Source: Nostoc sp. (GTDB lineage: Bacteria; Cyanobacteriota; Cyanobacteriia; Cyanobacteriales; Nostocaceae). From it: a stretch of 64,000 bases of DNA. The position numbers and the translations under genes were made by a program. Below, piece after piece: positions 9,301 through 20,016 of the stretch (positions are counted from its first letter, which is position 1; each line of letters starts with the position of its first letter). The notes below the pieces were generated by a model. The model was not told where the DNA came from, searched no databases, and saw only the letters and a list, made by a program, of their open reading frames with translations. Where the stretch lies: the NCBI RefSeq assembly GCF_036919615.1, contig NZ_JBALCN010000088.1:60226-124225 (forward strand). The letters run 5' to 3'.

Positions 9301-9700
9301 CTAGGGTGTACACACAAGTATGACCAGCATAGGTTTCAACTCTTCTACTAGTTTCGTAGGGTGTGTTATGGACACACCGAAATAACAAATGAGTCCGCCG
9401 AAATAACTTTTGCGTTGGCGTAGCCCGCCGCAGGCGTCACCGAAATAACAAATGAGTCCGCCGAAATAACAAATGAGTTCGCCGAAATAACTTTTGCGTT
9501 GGCGTAGCCCGCCGCAGGCATTGCCGAAATAACAAATGAGTCTGCCGAAATAACAAATGAGTGCGCTGAAATAATAAATGAGTCCGCCGAAATAACAAAT
9601 GAGTCCGCCATGATTGTAACAATTTAGCTTTGTCACGCCAGCGTAACGCACTGCAAATCTTTGGTAGATGAAGTTTTTCTGACTTGTGTGTACACTGTAG
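9301..9700. mobile_element. inner 400-bp MITE carrying a 21-nt tandem repeat array
   Basis: TIRs CTAGGGTGTACACACAAGT / ACTTGTGTGTACACTGTAG; 10-bp TSD CCTTGTTAAG (9291-9300) / CCTTGCTAAG (9701-9710). Confidence 0.75.
9376..9606. repeat. tandem array of nine 21-nt units (GCCGAAATAACAAATGAGTCC), two carrying a 21-nt SDR insertion
   Basis: 231 bp = 11 x 21; inserts TTGGCGTAGCCCGCCGCAGGC at 9415-9435 and 9499-9519, each after GCG. Confidence 0.9.
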
Positions 9701-10190
9701 CCTTGCTAAGGTGAGGGGATTAAGGGGTGAGGTTTTCCAAGTTTAATAAGTAATCAAGCGAACATGATATAAGAGCTTTTCTCCAATTACCTATTACTAA
9801 AAAATATTAGTCAACTTTGTAAATAATACGAAAAACACCATCACCAAAACCTAAAAATATTAGAGGAAATATTAAGAAATTTAAATATATAAAAGTTATT
9901 TTAAGTTTTTTGTCATTTGACAATAACGAGAAATCAGGTCAGACAAACACTTATAATTACGATTGTAAAGCCCTGGACTTTAACTATTACCGAAGACAGC
10001 ACTTTACTTGTAAAAACCATACGTATATTCTTCTGGATTCTTACGCCATCTGTTCAAGCAGCTAAACTCTGAGAATTGCTTTGCATAATGTTAAGTAATA
10101 TTATGTAAATCTTATTTTTCTATGAAAAATGCACTAATTATTAAATTTTCATTAGATACTGTGACATTCACTTAGAGTGAGGCTCCTGGT

Positions 10191-10625
10191 ATGCCCATTC
10201 CTAACACTTCTACACTGGACGGATTGCGAGTACTAGTGGTCGATGATGACCTCGATTCCTGTGTCTGGATTACTTGTTTGCTTGAGTTTTATGGGATTGA
10301 AGTTCATTCAACTTTCACGGTACATCAAGCGTTAACAGTGTTTGTCGAATTTCGCCCAGATTTAGTACTTAGTGATATTGTCATGCCCGATGAAGATGGT
10401 TATTCGTTGCTACGTCAGATCCGGCAAATCGAAGATAGACTTGACAAATCAACTCCCGTGATCGCAGTCACGGCACTCGAAGAGTTAGAAACGAGATTTC
10501 TGGAGTCAGAAGCAAGGTTTGACCAATGGTTATTAAAGCCTGTGGACATAGATGAGTTAGTCGGGGCGATCGCTTACTTAACAGGGCGGTCAATGTTAAT
10601 CGGTGAATTAACTTCTTTATATTGA
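10191..10625 (+). CDS. single-domain response regulator (CheY-like)
   Basis: LVVDDD, LSDIVMPDEDG, AVTA and LKP motifs. Confidence 0.9.
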   Translation: MPIPNTSTLDGLRVLVVDDDLDSCVWITCLLEFYGIEVHSTFTVHQALTVFVEFRPDLVLSDIVMPDEDGYSLLRQIRQIEDRLDKSTPVIAVTALEELETRFLESEARFDQWLLKPVDIDELVGAIAYLTGRSMLIGELTSLY

Positions 10626-10727
10626 TAAAGCTTTTCACCCTAAGTTTGTGTATTTAGGGTGAATACTTATTCCGCTCCATGCGTTGCAATAGAAACAGCA
10701 GACTATCGCAGGCAATAAAAGGACGGT

Positions 10728-11165
10728 ATGGCAACAGATCAAAAAATCAATCAAGAAACTGAGTTCAATCCGCTCCAGCACCTTATTGGAATCATGATCT
10801 TACTGGTAGAGGATGAGCCAGATATTGCAGATTTGCTCATCTTCATTTTGGAAGCAGCAGGTGCAGAGGTGATGGCTTTAACCGATGCAGAAGCAGCCCT
10901 TGCTTTGGTCGAATCGCTTCATCCTGATATTCTGCTGTGCAATGTGAAGTTGCCCGATCATGATGGAAATTGGTTAATTGAGCAAATTCGAGTGCATTCT
11001 TGCCCATCCCTAAGACAGTTGCCTGCGATCGCTATCACTTCTTATACACGAGAGGTCTCAAGTCATAAGGCTTTGAATGCTGGCTTTAATCGATTTCTAG
11101 TCAAGCTTGAGAGTCCAGAGGAAATCGTAGATGAGATTGTTCACCTGCTATCTAGCGATCTTTAG
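10728..11165 (+). CDS. single-domain receiver protein with the phosphoacceptor Asp replaced by Asn
   Basis: LLVEDE...PDILLCNVKLPDHDG...AITS...LVK. Confidence 0.85.
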   Translation: MATDQKINQETEFNPLQHLIGIMILLVEDEPDIADLLIFILEAAGAEVMALTDAEAALALVESLHPDILLCNVKLPDHDGNWLIEQIRVHSCPSLRQLPAIAITSYTREVSSHKALNAGFNRFLVKLESPEEIVDEIVHLLSSDL

Positions 11166-11374
11166 ATATAAATACTCGGTCTTCATCCATTCGTGAGAGG
11201 TTAAGACAAGATTACCTTTGTCAATTAGTAACTCTACTTAAAATATGTTGATAAATGGGATATTAAATTAATGTAAGTTCGACGGGTTGAAAAAGGTAGA
11301 AAAAATATCTCAAAGTAAAAACCTGCAAAAACACTGCTGAGTAAAGCTAACTTTTCTCTATCTAAGGAAACCCT

Positions 11375-12070
11375 CTAATTTTTCGCAGTACAGAACCGAA
11401 TATCTCCATCCCTGAACAGTCCTTAACGGAAATTGTCTTGCAACGAGCGATAGAATTCGCTGACAAACCAGCGATGATTGACGGGCTAACTGGTCGAACG
11501 ATAACTTATAGAGAACTAGCAGATTTAATTAGCATAGCTGCTGGTTTTGCTGCGAGGGGTTTTTCTAAGGGGGATGTAGTTGCTATTTATAGTCCTAACT
11601 GTCTGGAATATCCAATCGCATTTGGGGCGATCGCTAGTTAAGTGGAGTTAGCAGTACGGCGAATCCATCTTATACCGCTAGCGAACTGGCATATCAATTA
11701 AATGATGCTGGTGCTAAATATTTGCTGACAGTACCGGAACTACTAGAACGCGCCTTAGAGTCCGCTAGTCAGTCAAAAGTTGAATCAGTACTTGTGTTTG
11801 GTCATGCTGAGGGTGCAATCCCATTTTCTGCACTTTTAGAAGATTGTGACTCAGTACCAAAAGTACAAATTAATCCCAAAGAAGACGCGGTTGCTTTGCC
11901 CTATTCTAGCAGCACAACTGGTTTGCCTAAAGGTGTCACACTGACACACTAGAATTTAGCAGCCAATGTCTACCAACTTTCAAACCGCGAACTGATAAGT
12001 TCAGCAGACACAATTATTGGCATTCTCCCATTTTTTCATAGCTACGGACTGCAAACGATACTTTCGTAGG
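11375..12070 (+). pseudogene. truncated 4-coumarate-CoA ligase-like AMP-binding enzyme pseudogene
   Basis: IFRS..SIPEQ start without ATG, KGDVVAIYSPN, a frameshift near 11640, STANPSYTASELAYQL, ALPYSSSTTGLPKGVTLTH then TAG, and GILPFFHSYG; the C-terminal half is absent. Confidence 0.85.
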
Positions 12071-12135
12071 AGGCAAGCCTCACGCTAGATGGTTAAGCCT
12101 GTTCTATCAAATTTGGTGAAAAATAGCAGAAGGAA

Positions 12136-13092
12136 TTAAGCGTTTTCCCGATCTTCCACTCTTATTTTCTCATCCAAAAACTTTAGCTGCTGGTATATAC
12201 AGCTAATCTGCGGTAAATCCACACCTGCTGCTTGCGCTTTCCGTAATGGGTTGCCAAAAATTGCTTCTACTTCCAAAGGCCGCCTTTGGTCATAGTCAAT
12301 TTTCATGCTGGTACGATAAGGCTTCATCTTCACAGTGTAATCCAGCATTGTTTGAATGAAGCTATCAGGAATGATGCGTCCGCAACTAAAGGAACCTGCT
12401 GCAACTTCATACATCAACTGTTCAACTAATTTGCGGGTGTGAACATAGGACATTAATTCATCTGTTCTAGCGTTGAGAATTACAGACAGTCCATTATAGG
12501 GAATATTCCACACCAATTTTTTCCATCGCCCTAGTAATAAGTCATCAGCTAATTCCATTGAGATACCAGCACTCTTCAAGTCATTGGCAATTTGCTGCAT
12601 CTGATCTGTAATCCCAGTAGGATCATAGCCAGAAGCATATCCTCCTAGTGTAATTTGTCCATAGTCGAGGTGGCGGATATGTCCTGCTTCGACTTTATTG
12701 GAACAAAGAAAACACAACCCACCAATAATGCTGACATTGCCAACTATTTTGGCAACTTCTTCTTCTACCGCCAGTCCATTTTGCAATACCAACACTACCC
12801 CATCATCCCTGATTAGTGGCGGTAACATCTGCGGCAATAAATGGTTTTGTGTCGTCTTTAGTGCTACCACCACCACATCGCATTGTGGCATTTTTTCTAC
12901 ATCATTGTAGGCATTGACTTGAGTCAGGGTGAAATCACCATCTTTTGACTCAATAACCAAACCAGATTTACTGACATATTCATAATCACTCTTCAGCAAA
13001 AAGTGGACATCTAAACCAGCTTTTTGCAGTTTGGCACCATAAAAGCCACCTAATGCACCAGTTCCTAGAATGGCGTAACTACGCTCGGACAT
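12136..13092 (-). CDS. panE: 2-dehydropantoate 2-reductase (ketopantoate reductase family)
   Basis: ILGTGALG, LQNGL, WKKLVWNIPYN and TSMKID..RPLEVE motifs. Confidence 0.88.
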   Translation of the reverse strand: MSERSYAILGTGALGGFYGAKLQKAGLDVHFLLKSDYEYVSKSGLVIESKDGDFTLTQVNAYNDVEKMPQCDVVVVALKTTQNHLLPQMLPPLIRDDGVVLVLQNGLAVEEEVAKIVGNVSIIGGLCFLCSNKVEAGHIRHLDYGQITLGGYASGYDPTGITDQMQQIANDLKSAGISMELADDLLLGRWKKLVWNIPYNGLSVILNARTDELMSYVHTRKLVEQLMYEVAAGSFSCGRIIPDSFIQTMLDYTVKMKPYRTSMKIDYDQRRPLEVEAIFGNPLRKAQAAGVDLPQISCIYQQLKFLDEKIRVEDRENA

Positions 13093-13305
13093 TTTGCTAA
13101 CAATGAAATTTTTCTATGATGATCATAAGGCAAATGCGCCGCACACATACAGCCAAAAACTCTTAGTGTGGTATTAGGTAGTGAACCACGCTCGGAAAAG
13201 TTTCTTTCCCCAGCTAAGAGCCGCAGCAAGAACTGCGGTCTAAATGATAAGTCTTTAGCCGGACATGATATGACTAGGGTGAGATGTTGGATATATTTGT
13301 TAACT

Positions 13306-14631
13306 TTATTGAAAACCCTTTGCTGGCTTTTTTTGCCCCTTACCCTTGGGCTTAGATTTATTAACTTCTCCTAAAGCTTCTTGAAATAAGTTGTGTAGAT
13401 GTATAGGAACGCTAGCAATTTCTGGTAACTCTGGCTCAATAGGTTTGTTGAATTCTTGCAAAAGTGCGTCCAAGTCACTTTCAAGGTGAAATGGACGTTG
13501 CAGATATTTCTGCAACACATTTTCTAATTGAGTTGGATACTGTTGCGCTAATCGATCCCAGATAAAAGCGTTAATACTTTTATCTTCGAGATAGTAGCGA
13601 ATTAATTTTTCAGCCCCTTGAACACTTAGCCAATCCTCTGCTGATAAAATTGCTTGTATTTTACTATATGTTGGTAAAAACATTTGTCCCCAACGAGGAT
13701 GAGAAAGAGCCGTTACCTGTTCTGCTTTCTTGAGTTCGGCAGGTAAATCAACTTTTGGCATAACCATTTTGCTATTGCCGTTTTTGCTATTAAACATCTG
13801 AGAAACTGCATTTGAGTCAGCACCAAATTCTTCTGCTGCTGCTTTGATTTCTTCATCTGTAATGCCAGCAGTTTCTGCCATTTCAGCCAATGACTTGGAT
13901 GTATCAATTCCTGCTGCTGCAAAGCGTTGCTCAGTGATTAATTCTTGAAATTCAGCTATTTTTTTATTAAGCTGATATCCTGGTAATGTAATTTCATCAG
14001 TGCCAAAAAAGTCCACAAATTGCTGATGATATTGTGCTACTGACTGCCAAGCTTCCTCTAGCAAGTCTGGGGCATCGCTGTAAAGATTACTTTTATAGTT
14101 TTCTTTAAAATTACCAATTGCTACAGCAAGTTTTGGTTTACCCAATTTACCCATTATTGTATAGGACCCAGAAAACATCCAGTAGCTATCGGTAACAGGC
14201 GAAATGCGAGTTAGCAAGATTTCTCCAACTTTCAACCGAGAAATTGCCTGTAGCGTTTGGACATTATTTGGCTTGACAATGTAGCGTTTATCTGTCAGCC
14301 AGTTCGTTAACTCAAAACCATCAGGTAGGATGTTAGTGATGGCAAATAAGCCGATAAAACTATGATGCCAGCTGTTGATCAGGTTGCGATCGCTCTGGTC
14401 TAAATTTGGATGGCTTTCGATAAACAACTCTAATGGTGACTTATCACCGACTTTCCCGGCTGTCAGAAAGCTATCGATAGTTAAGTCCTGCTGGGTACTA
14501 TCCCCACTTCCACGGCGCAACTGTTCTGCTGCATAAGTTTCCAGTGCTTGTGCAAGTTCACCTTCAGCATCAAGGACAAAATCAACTAAGGCTTGTTTTA
14601 ATTGGTGCGATCGTTCTAATATGACATCCAC
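13306..14631 (-). CDS. conserved cyanobacterial hypothetical protein
   Basis: 441-aa ORF with normal composition and a Lys-rich tail. Confidence 0.75.
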   Translation of the reverse strand: MDVILERSHQLKQALVDFVLDAEGELAQALETYAAEQLRRGSGDSTQQDLTIDSFLTAGKVGDKSPLELFIESHPNLDQSDRNLINSWHHSFIGLFAITNILPDGFELTNWLTDKRYIVKPNNVQTLQAISRLKVGEILLTRISPVTDSYWMFSGSYTIMGKLGKPKLAVAIGNFKENYKSNLYSDAPDLLEEAWQSVAQYHQQFVDFFGTDEITLPGYQLNKKIAEFQELITEQRFAAAGIDTSKSLAEMAETAGITDEEIKAAAEEFGADSNAVSQMFNSKNGNSKMVMPKVDLPAELKKAEQVTALSHPRWGQMFLPTYSKIQAILSAEDWLSVQGAEKLIRYYLEDKSINAFIWDRLAQQYPTQLENVLQKYLQRPFHLESDLDALLQEFNKPIEPELPEIASVPIHLHNLFQEALGEVNKSKPKGKGQKKPAKGFQ

Positions 14632-14779
14632 AAGTTAATCTCTCGGTGCAACAGATGTAAATTATAGCTTTTGAGAGAATTGCAGCATCTAGCTATTGCT
14701 AGATATATGAAGATGCACACTTAGCGGATTTAGGCGTCAAGCTTCTCCTAAACTAGATACAAGGCATCACACAAGGTTA

Positions 14780-15358
14780 TTGCAGATGGTTGCAACTCCA
14801 AATTCTAGCTATATTTCTCCAGAAGACTATTTTAAAGGAGAAGAAACCAGTCCTATCAAGCATGAATATAGACAAGGACAGGTTTACGCAATGGCAGGAG
14901 CAAGTAATGCTCATGTGATTATTTCTCTTAATATTGCTTCAATGTTGAGAAATCATTTGCGCGGGAGTAATTGTCAGGCTTATATCTCAGACACCAAAGC
15001 ACATATTGAGTCGATTAATATCTATTACTACCCCGATGTGATCGTAAGTTGTGACCAACGAGATAAAGCTTTTAACAACTTTCTGCGTTACCCCTGTTTA
15101 ATTGTAGAAGTGCTATCTTCGACAACAGAAGCTTTTGATCGAGGTGATAAATTTGCTGACTACCGACAGATGGAGTCACTTCAGGAATATGTACTTGTGA
15201 GTCAAACTCGGTTAAATGTTGAGTGTTTTCGCCGCAACTCAGAGAGACAATGGGTACTTTATCCCTATGGACAAGAAGATATCATTCATTTGGCAAGTGT
15301 AGATTTTCGGTGTGCTGTTGCAGATGTCTATGAAGATGTTACTTTTGAATTGCCATAA
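14780..15358 (+). CDS. Uma2 family (PDDEXK-like) endonuclease
   Basis: KHEYRQGQVYAMAGAS, YYPDVIV, LIVEVLSSTTEAFDRGDKF. Confidence 0.92.
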   Translation: MQMVATPNSSYISPEDYFKGEETSPIKHEYRQGQVYAMAGASNAHVIISLNIASMLRNHLRGSNCQAYISDTKAHIESINIYYYPDVIVSCDQRDKAFNNFLRYPCLIVEVLSSTTEAFDRGDKFADYRQMESLQEYVLVSQTRLNVECFRRNSERQWVLYPYGQEDIIHLASVDFRCAVADVYEDVTFELP

Positions 15359-15711
15359 TTGACTGAGTGAAATTGAAGCGATTTGAACAAGCTACACTTT
15401 AACAATTTAAAATTCAAAAAGAAAATATATATGCTTCTTAACTTATTTGATAATTTAGTAACTTCGCTATAGAAACGCTATTTACGCTGCTGATTAAATA
15501 AGTTTGTTGTTAGGCACTGAAATGCTTACTATGTAACAGATAAAGTGAGTTTGACAGACCGTTAGTACTGCAATGAGTAAGTTAAAAGTATTATGGAATA
15601 AGCTCTTTAGGACTTTTCAATGGTCTGCTTATTTACACCGTGCTGTACTAGGTTGAAAGCCCGAAACTAGAATCTTAAGGATTTAAAAATGCGTTTTTAG
15701 AGAGCAAAATA

Positions 15712-15743
15712 AAAAGGCAAAAGAAGATTTTCTTTTGCCTTTT
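15712..15743. terminator. bidirectional intrinsic terminator after rpoC2
   Basis: Perfect 14-bp stem AAAAGGCAAAAGAA-gatt-TTCTTTTGCCTTTT. Confidence 0.75.
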
Positions 15744-15783
15744 CATTTTTTACCTTTTAATAAAGACGCAAAATTTCAAGTCT

Positions 15784-18700
15784 CTACTCCTCGTCAAAAT
15801 CATCTTCCTCGTCTTCTTCTTCTTCCTCGAAATCGTCGTCGTCTGCTACTTCATCGGCGATTAATTCATCTTCATCATCTAGAATTGACCTTTCTGCACG
15901 TCTGCTACCAAAACCAGATTCCCCAAGAGTCGGAGAATCTAAATTATAGGTACGAGCTGTGCGGTCATCTAAGACCATATCCAGGGGGTCATCAACTTCA
16001 TCCAAGACACTACTGCTAATCTCAGCAGTATAATCATCGATCGCACCGGGTTCATCATAGGTATTGTACCCGGTACCAGCCGGAATCAATCGCCCGATAA
16101 TCACGTTTTCCTTTAATCCGCGCAGCCAGTCGGATTTGCCTTCGATAGCTGCTTCGGTAAGGACTCGTGTTGTTTCTTGGAAGGATGCGGCGGAAATAAA
16201 GCTGTCGGTGTTCAACGATGCTTTGGTGATACCCAACAATACTGGGGTATATTGTGCTCTAGCACCGCCTGTAATTGCCATAGCTTCGTTTACTTGCTCA
16301 ACTTGGCGGAGTTCCACCAATTCACCAGGAAGCATGGTGGTGTCACCACCATCATCAATCCGGACTTTGTTGGTCATCTGGCGAACAATTACTTCAATGT
16401 GCTTATCTGAAATATCAATCCCCTGAGATTGATACACCATTTGCACTTCATTCACCAAGAATGTCTGTACCTTCTGCAAAGCATAGCTAGCACAAGCATA
16501 AACTCCGTCTTCGGAACCCAGGCTAAAGAAGATTTCCAAAATTTCGTGGGGGTTGGATGGGCCATCGGTCAACGGCTGTCCTGCTAAGACAGTCGCTCCA
16601 TCTGGCACAATCAAATTTTGTCCTGGGCCTAAAGGATAATCTGTAACCACACCATTTGATTCTACGACCTTGATGGCGATCGCTTCATCACCATCGCCAT
16701 AAACTACCTTAACTTCACCCGCCCGGCGACATAAAATGCACGCTTCTTTTGGTTTGCGAGCTTCAAGCAGTTCTTCAATCCGGGGCAAACCTTGAATGAT
16801 ATCTCCGGTTTTGGCGCGTTCAAACACCAACAACACCAAGTTATCACCCCGTTGTACCAAATCCCCATCTTCTATCTGCAACACAGCACCAGGGCTGACT
16901 CGATAAGGGCGACCGACACGGGTAGTAATAGCGTAGTTCTGAGTTTGGAGTGAGGAGTTAGAAGTTTCAGAATTAACTCCTAACTCTTCACTCTTAACTC
17001 CTAACTTTTTAACGTCTACTACTTGTCCTGATTCTTGGGCAAAAACTCCAGGAGCAACTTCTGTACCTTCTACTAACAAGTCACCCACCTTTACTTTAGG
17101 CTGAGTACTAGTATTGACCGTAAGCATGTCAGTGTGACGCAACACCAAACAGCGACGCACGTTTTCGGTCCCTTTTTGAACGCCCCGGACTATCCCCCCT
17201 TCTTTACCCAAGATTTGGGTCCGTGCAACCACAGAGCCGGGAGCGATGCTTAACCCATCTTGTACCTCAAGTGTGGTCTGGGTGCTACCTTGGGTGGCAT
17301 CGGCGGTAATGTCTCGACGAATTACCAAGGACTCCAAAATCACCAACTGCAAGCGTTGAACTTCTGAGTCTTCGGCATCCTGTACCAATTCAATATCTGC
17401 TGCTAAAGGCGAAGCATTGTGGTCTTGTTCTCCTTCTTGCTCAATTTCCAGTACTAGCTGGGTTCGCAGCAGTTCCACACCTTCAACGGACTTGACGCGT
17501 TCCGAATCTTTGTAAGGTAGTCGTTGCACAGCCCGCAACTGAATTGAGCGCCCAGTTTGTTGACTTACCGATGTAGTTGATGGCACATCAGGATTATCCG
17601 GTACGGCAAACTCGACTACCGGACGACTCAACAGGGCAGGCCCTTCTGGTGTCTCCACATACTGGATATAACGTAATTCCGTGGCCACACTGCCTTGAAA
17701 CTCCTCACCTGGTTGGATGAAGGTGTTATCTCGCCCGATAACTGATTCTGGATCGTCCACCATCAGCAGTTCGCCTGGCTTCACCACAACTTCCCGCAGA
17801 ATGTCGTTTTTCTGGGTGACTTCTACCACACCGCTGTTTTGGCAGAAAATATCTTTCACTACTTCGGTGCCAGCTTCCACAAACTGACCGTCTTCTACCA
17901 ACAGCAAGGAGATATCTTTATTGACTTCGTGGCTTTCTTCGGGAATCCACAAAAGGGTACCGCCCTGCACGACTTCATAACCGAGCTTGGCTTTGCCTTT
18001 TTTCTGGACTTCTACACCCGCGAATTTCAGGAATCCACCAGTGGTCGTGCGATAACGGTCATCAATTAACTCGGCCACTACTTGACCATTTTGCACTTTT
18101 GTGCCTGGTGTAGCTCGGAGGTTAAATACCTGGTTGTTGCCAGTGGAGACTAAGTAGTTATTGCGGCCTTGGGAACTTTGGACTGTTACCGTTGCCTGGT
18201 CTAATACCACAGAAGCGGTGATAATCTCAATTTCCCTGGTACTTTTACCTGGAGTTGCTTCGGGCAAGCGCACCACACCACCGTGCAAAGTGGTTAACTT
18301 GGTTTCTGCTAAGACTCCATTTGAGGCGATCGCATCACCATTTTTGACAATCAATTCTGCGCCAGGCGGCAAGTTATAAACTTCCCCAGACAAAATCCAA
18401 ATCAAACCACCGCGTGCGGCTGTGGTTGTAGTATTGCCCTGACGGTCAGTTTTTTGTTCTGGAACTACTTCGGCAAATTGCACTTCCCCTGCCAAGTCAG
18501 AGGCGACATCTTTAACTGCTTTTTCTGTATTAGTCCGAGTTGTGCGTCCACCGAGGGCAACCTCTGCCAACAACTGACCTTGTTTTACCTTGTTTCCATC
18601 AAATACATATAGTGTTGAACCTTGAGTCAGATGAACCTCTTGGTTGTCTGGGGTAACATCACCTACTTTTGTTGGCTCCAAAAGCAGGATGCCATTAGCC

Positions 18701-19851
18701 TCAACATACAGGGCATCTTCCCCGTGGCGGGTACGATATGTTCTGGTTTTCAGTTTGCGGGGAAGCTTGACAGTCCCATCAATTTTAGAACGAACTTGTT
18801 GCGCCACTTCCCCTGTAAACACACCACCTGTGTGGAATGTCCGCATGGTTAACTGAGTACCAGGTTCACCGATACTTTGGGCGGCAATAATCCCCACAGC
18901 TTCACCCAAGTCCACCATCTTGGCGTGGGCTAAACTCCAGCCGTAGCAGTGTTGACACACTGAACGTGCGGCTTCACAAGTTAGGGGCGATCGCACCACA
19001 ACTTCTCCCACCCCAGATTTTTCAATTTTCTTCGCCAAGTCCTCAGAAATTGGGGAATTGCGTGGTGCAATCACTTCTTTTGTCACTGGATGCACCACAT
19101 CTTCGCCAATTACCCGTCCCATCAAGCGGGTTGCTAGAGGAATCAAGGTTTTGGCACCTTCTGTCATTGGTCCAATGGTAAGACCTCTGGTGGTGCCGCA
19201 GTCAAATTCCCGAATAATTACATCCTGCGATACATCTACCAACCGCCGGGTGAGATAACCAGAGTCAGCCGTTCGTAAGGCAGTATCCACCAATCCTTTT
19301 CTGGCACCGTAAGACGAAATGATGTATTCCGTCACAGTTAATCCTTCACGGAAATTGGTTTTGATGGGCAAATCGATAATTTCCCCTTGAGGATCTGCCA
19401 TCAGTCCCCGCATCCCCACCAATTGCCGGACTTGGGAGATGTTACCCCGGGCCCCAGAGAATGCCATCATGTATACGGAGTTCAGGGGATCAGTCTTCTT
19501 GAAGTGGACGACTACTTCATCTTTCAAGGCTTCACTGGTACCATTCCAGGTATCAATTACCTTTTGAAAGCGTTCTACTTCAGTGATTTCTCCCCGTTGG
19601 TAACGAGTTTCAGTGGCGCGAATTTCTTCTTCGGCTGCTTCTAAGAGCAATCGCTTAGTTGGTGGCACCATCAAGTCATCTACACTGATGGAAACCCCTG
19701 CTTTGGTAGCGTAGCGAAATCCCAAATCTTTGAGCTTGTCCGCCATCACTGCGGTTCGCGCCGTACCATAATTCGTAAAGGCCCAAGAAATTAATTTTTG
19801 CAGTTGACTTTTGTTAACTACGCGATTGCGAAAAATCATTTTTTCAGTCAT
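15784..19851 (-). CDS. rpoC2: RNA polymerase beta'' subunit
   Basis: [60 protein letters not shown]. Confidence 0.99.
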   Translation of the reverse strand: MTEKMIFRNRVVNKSQLQKLISWAFTNYGTARTAVMADKLKDLGFRYATKAGVSISVDDLMVPPTKRLLLEAAEEEIRATETRYQRGEITEVERFQKVIDTWNGTSEALKDEVVVHFKKTDPLNSVYMMAFSGARGNISQVRQLVGMRGLMADPQGEIIDLPIKTNFREGLTVTEYIISSYGARKGLVDTALRTADSGYLTRRLVDVSQDVIIREFDCGTTRGLTIGPMTEGAKTLIPLATRLMGRVIGEDVVHPVTKEVIAPRNSPISEDLAKKIEKSGVGEVVVRSPLTCEAARSVCQHCYGWSLAHAKMVDLGEAVGIIAAQSIGEPGTQLTMRTFHTGGVFTGEVAQQVRSKIDGTVKLPRKLKTRTYRTRHGEDALYVEANGILLLEPTKVGDVTPDNQEVHLTQGSTLYVFDGNKVKQGQLLAEVALGGRTTRTNTEKAVKDVASDLAGEVQFAEVVPEQKTDRQGNTTTTAARGGLIWILSGEVYNLPPGAELIVKNGDAIASNGVLAETKLTTLHGGVVRLPEATPGKSTREIEIITASVVLDQATVTVQSSQGRNNYLVSTGNNQVFNLRATPGTKVQNGQVVAELIDDRYRTTTGGFLKFAGVEVQKKGKAKLGYEVVQGGTLLWIPEESHEVNKDISLLLVEDGQFVEAGTEVVKDIFCQNSGVVEVTQKNDILREVVVKPGELLMVDDPESVIGRDNTFIQPGEEFQGSVATELRYIQYVETPEGPALLSRPVVEFAVPDNPDVPSTTSVSQQTGRSIQLRAVQRLPYKDSERVKSVEGVELLRTQLVLEIEQEGEQDHNASPLAADIELVQDAEDSEVQRLQLVILESLVIRRDITADATQGSTQTTLEVQDGLSIAPGSVVARTQILGKEGGIVRGVQKGTENVRRCLVLRHTDMLTVNTSTQPKVKVGDLLVEGTEVAPGVFAQESGQVVDVKKLGVKSEELGVNSETSNSSLQTQNYAITTRVGRPYRVSPGAVLQIEDGDLVQRGDNLVLLVFERAKTGDIIQGLPRIEELLEARKPKEACILCRRAGEVKVVYGDGDEAIAIKVVESNGVVTDYPLGPGQNLIVPDGATVLAGQPLTDGPSNPHEILEIFFSLGSEDGVYACASYALQKVQTFLVNEVQMVYQSQGIDISDKHIEVIVRQMTNKVRIDDGGDTTMLPGELVELRQVEQVNEAMAITGGARAQYTPVLLGITKASLNTDSFISAASFQETTRVLTEAAIEGKSDWLRGLKENVIIGRLIPAGTGYNTYDEPGAIDDYTAEISSSVLDEVDDPLDMVLDDRTARTYNLDSPTLGESGFGSRRAERSILDDEDELIADEVADDDDFEEEEEDEEDDFDEE
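16941..17010. repeat. STRR-like heptamer/hairpin tract translated in frame inside rpoC2
   Basis: GAGTTAG/TAACTCC/CACTCTT units encoding [24 protein letters not shown]. Confidence 0.65.
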
Positions 19852-19859
19852 TGATCATT

Positions 19860-20015
19860 AGTCCTGAGTCTTGAATCAATAGTTAGGAGCCATTCAATTT
19901 TGGATTTTAGATTTTAGATTTTAGATTTCTCCTTCAATCCAAAATCTAAAATTGGCAGAGTTAAGAGTTGGGAGTTATTAATTCAAAACTCATCACTCAT
20001 CACTCATAACTCATC
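19860..20015. repeat. STRR heptamer cluster in the rpoC1-rpoC2 spacer
   Basis: (ATTTTAG)n, AATCCAAAATCTAAAAT and (CACTCAT)n. Confidence 0.75.
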
Positions 20016-20016
20016 A

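Larger units (their letters stand above)
9212..9769. mobile_element. outer MITE (about 150 bp when empty) interrupted by an inner element
   Basis: Imperfect TIRs TATCAAGTTCCGATAATTAGTTAT and ATAAGTAATCAAGCGAACATGATA; an internal CTCCCCTTG..AAG..GAGGGG hairpin is split by the insertion. Confidence 0.55.

Noticed and set aside
9301-9651. Three repeat-derived ORFs (116, 81 and 61 aa) as real genes
   Set aside because: They are explained by a stop-poor 21-nt tandem array inside a MITE; no RBS or family evidence.
15573-15656. 27-aa ORF MSKLKVLWNKLFRTFQWSAYLHRAVLG downstream of Uma2
   Set aside because: No clear RBS or recognisable family; consistent with chance.
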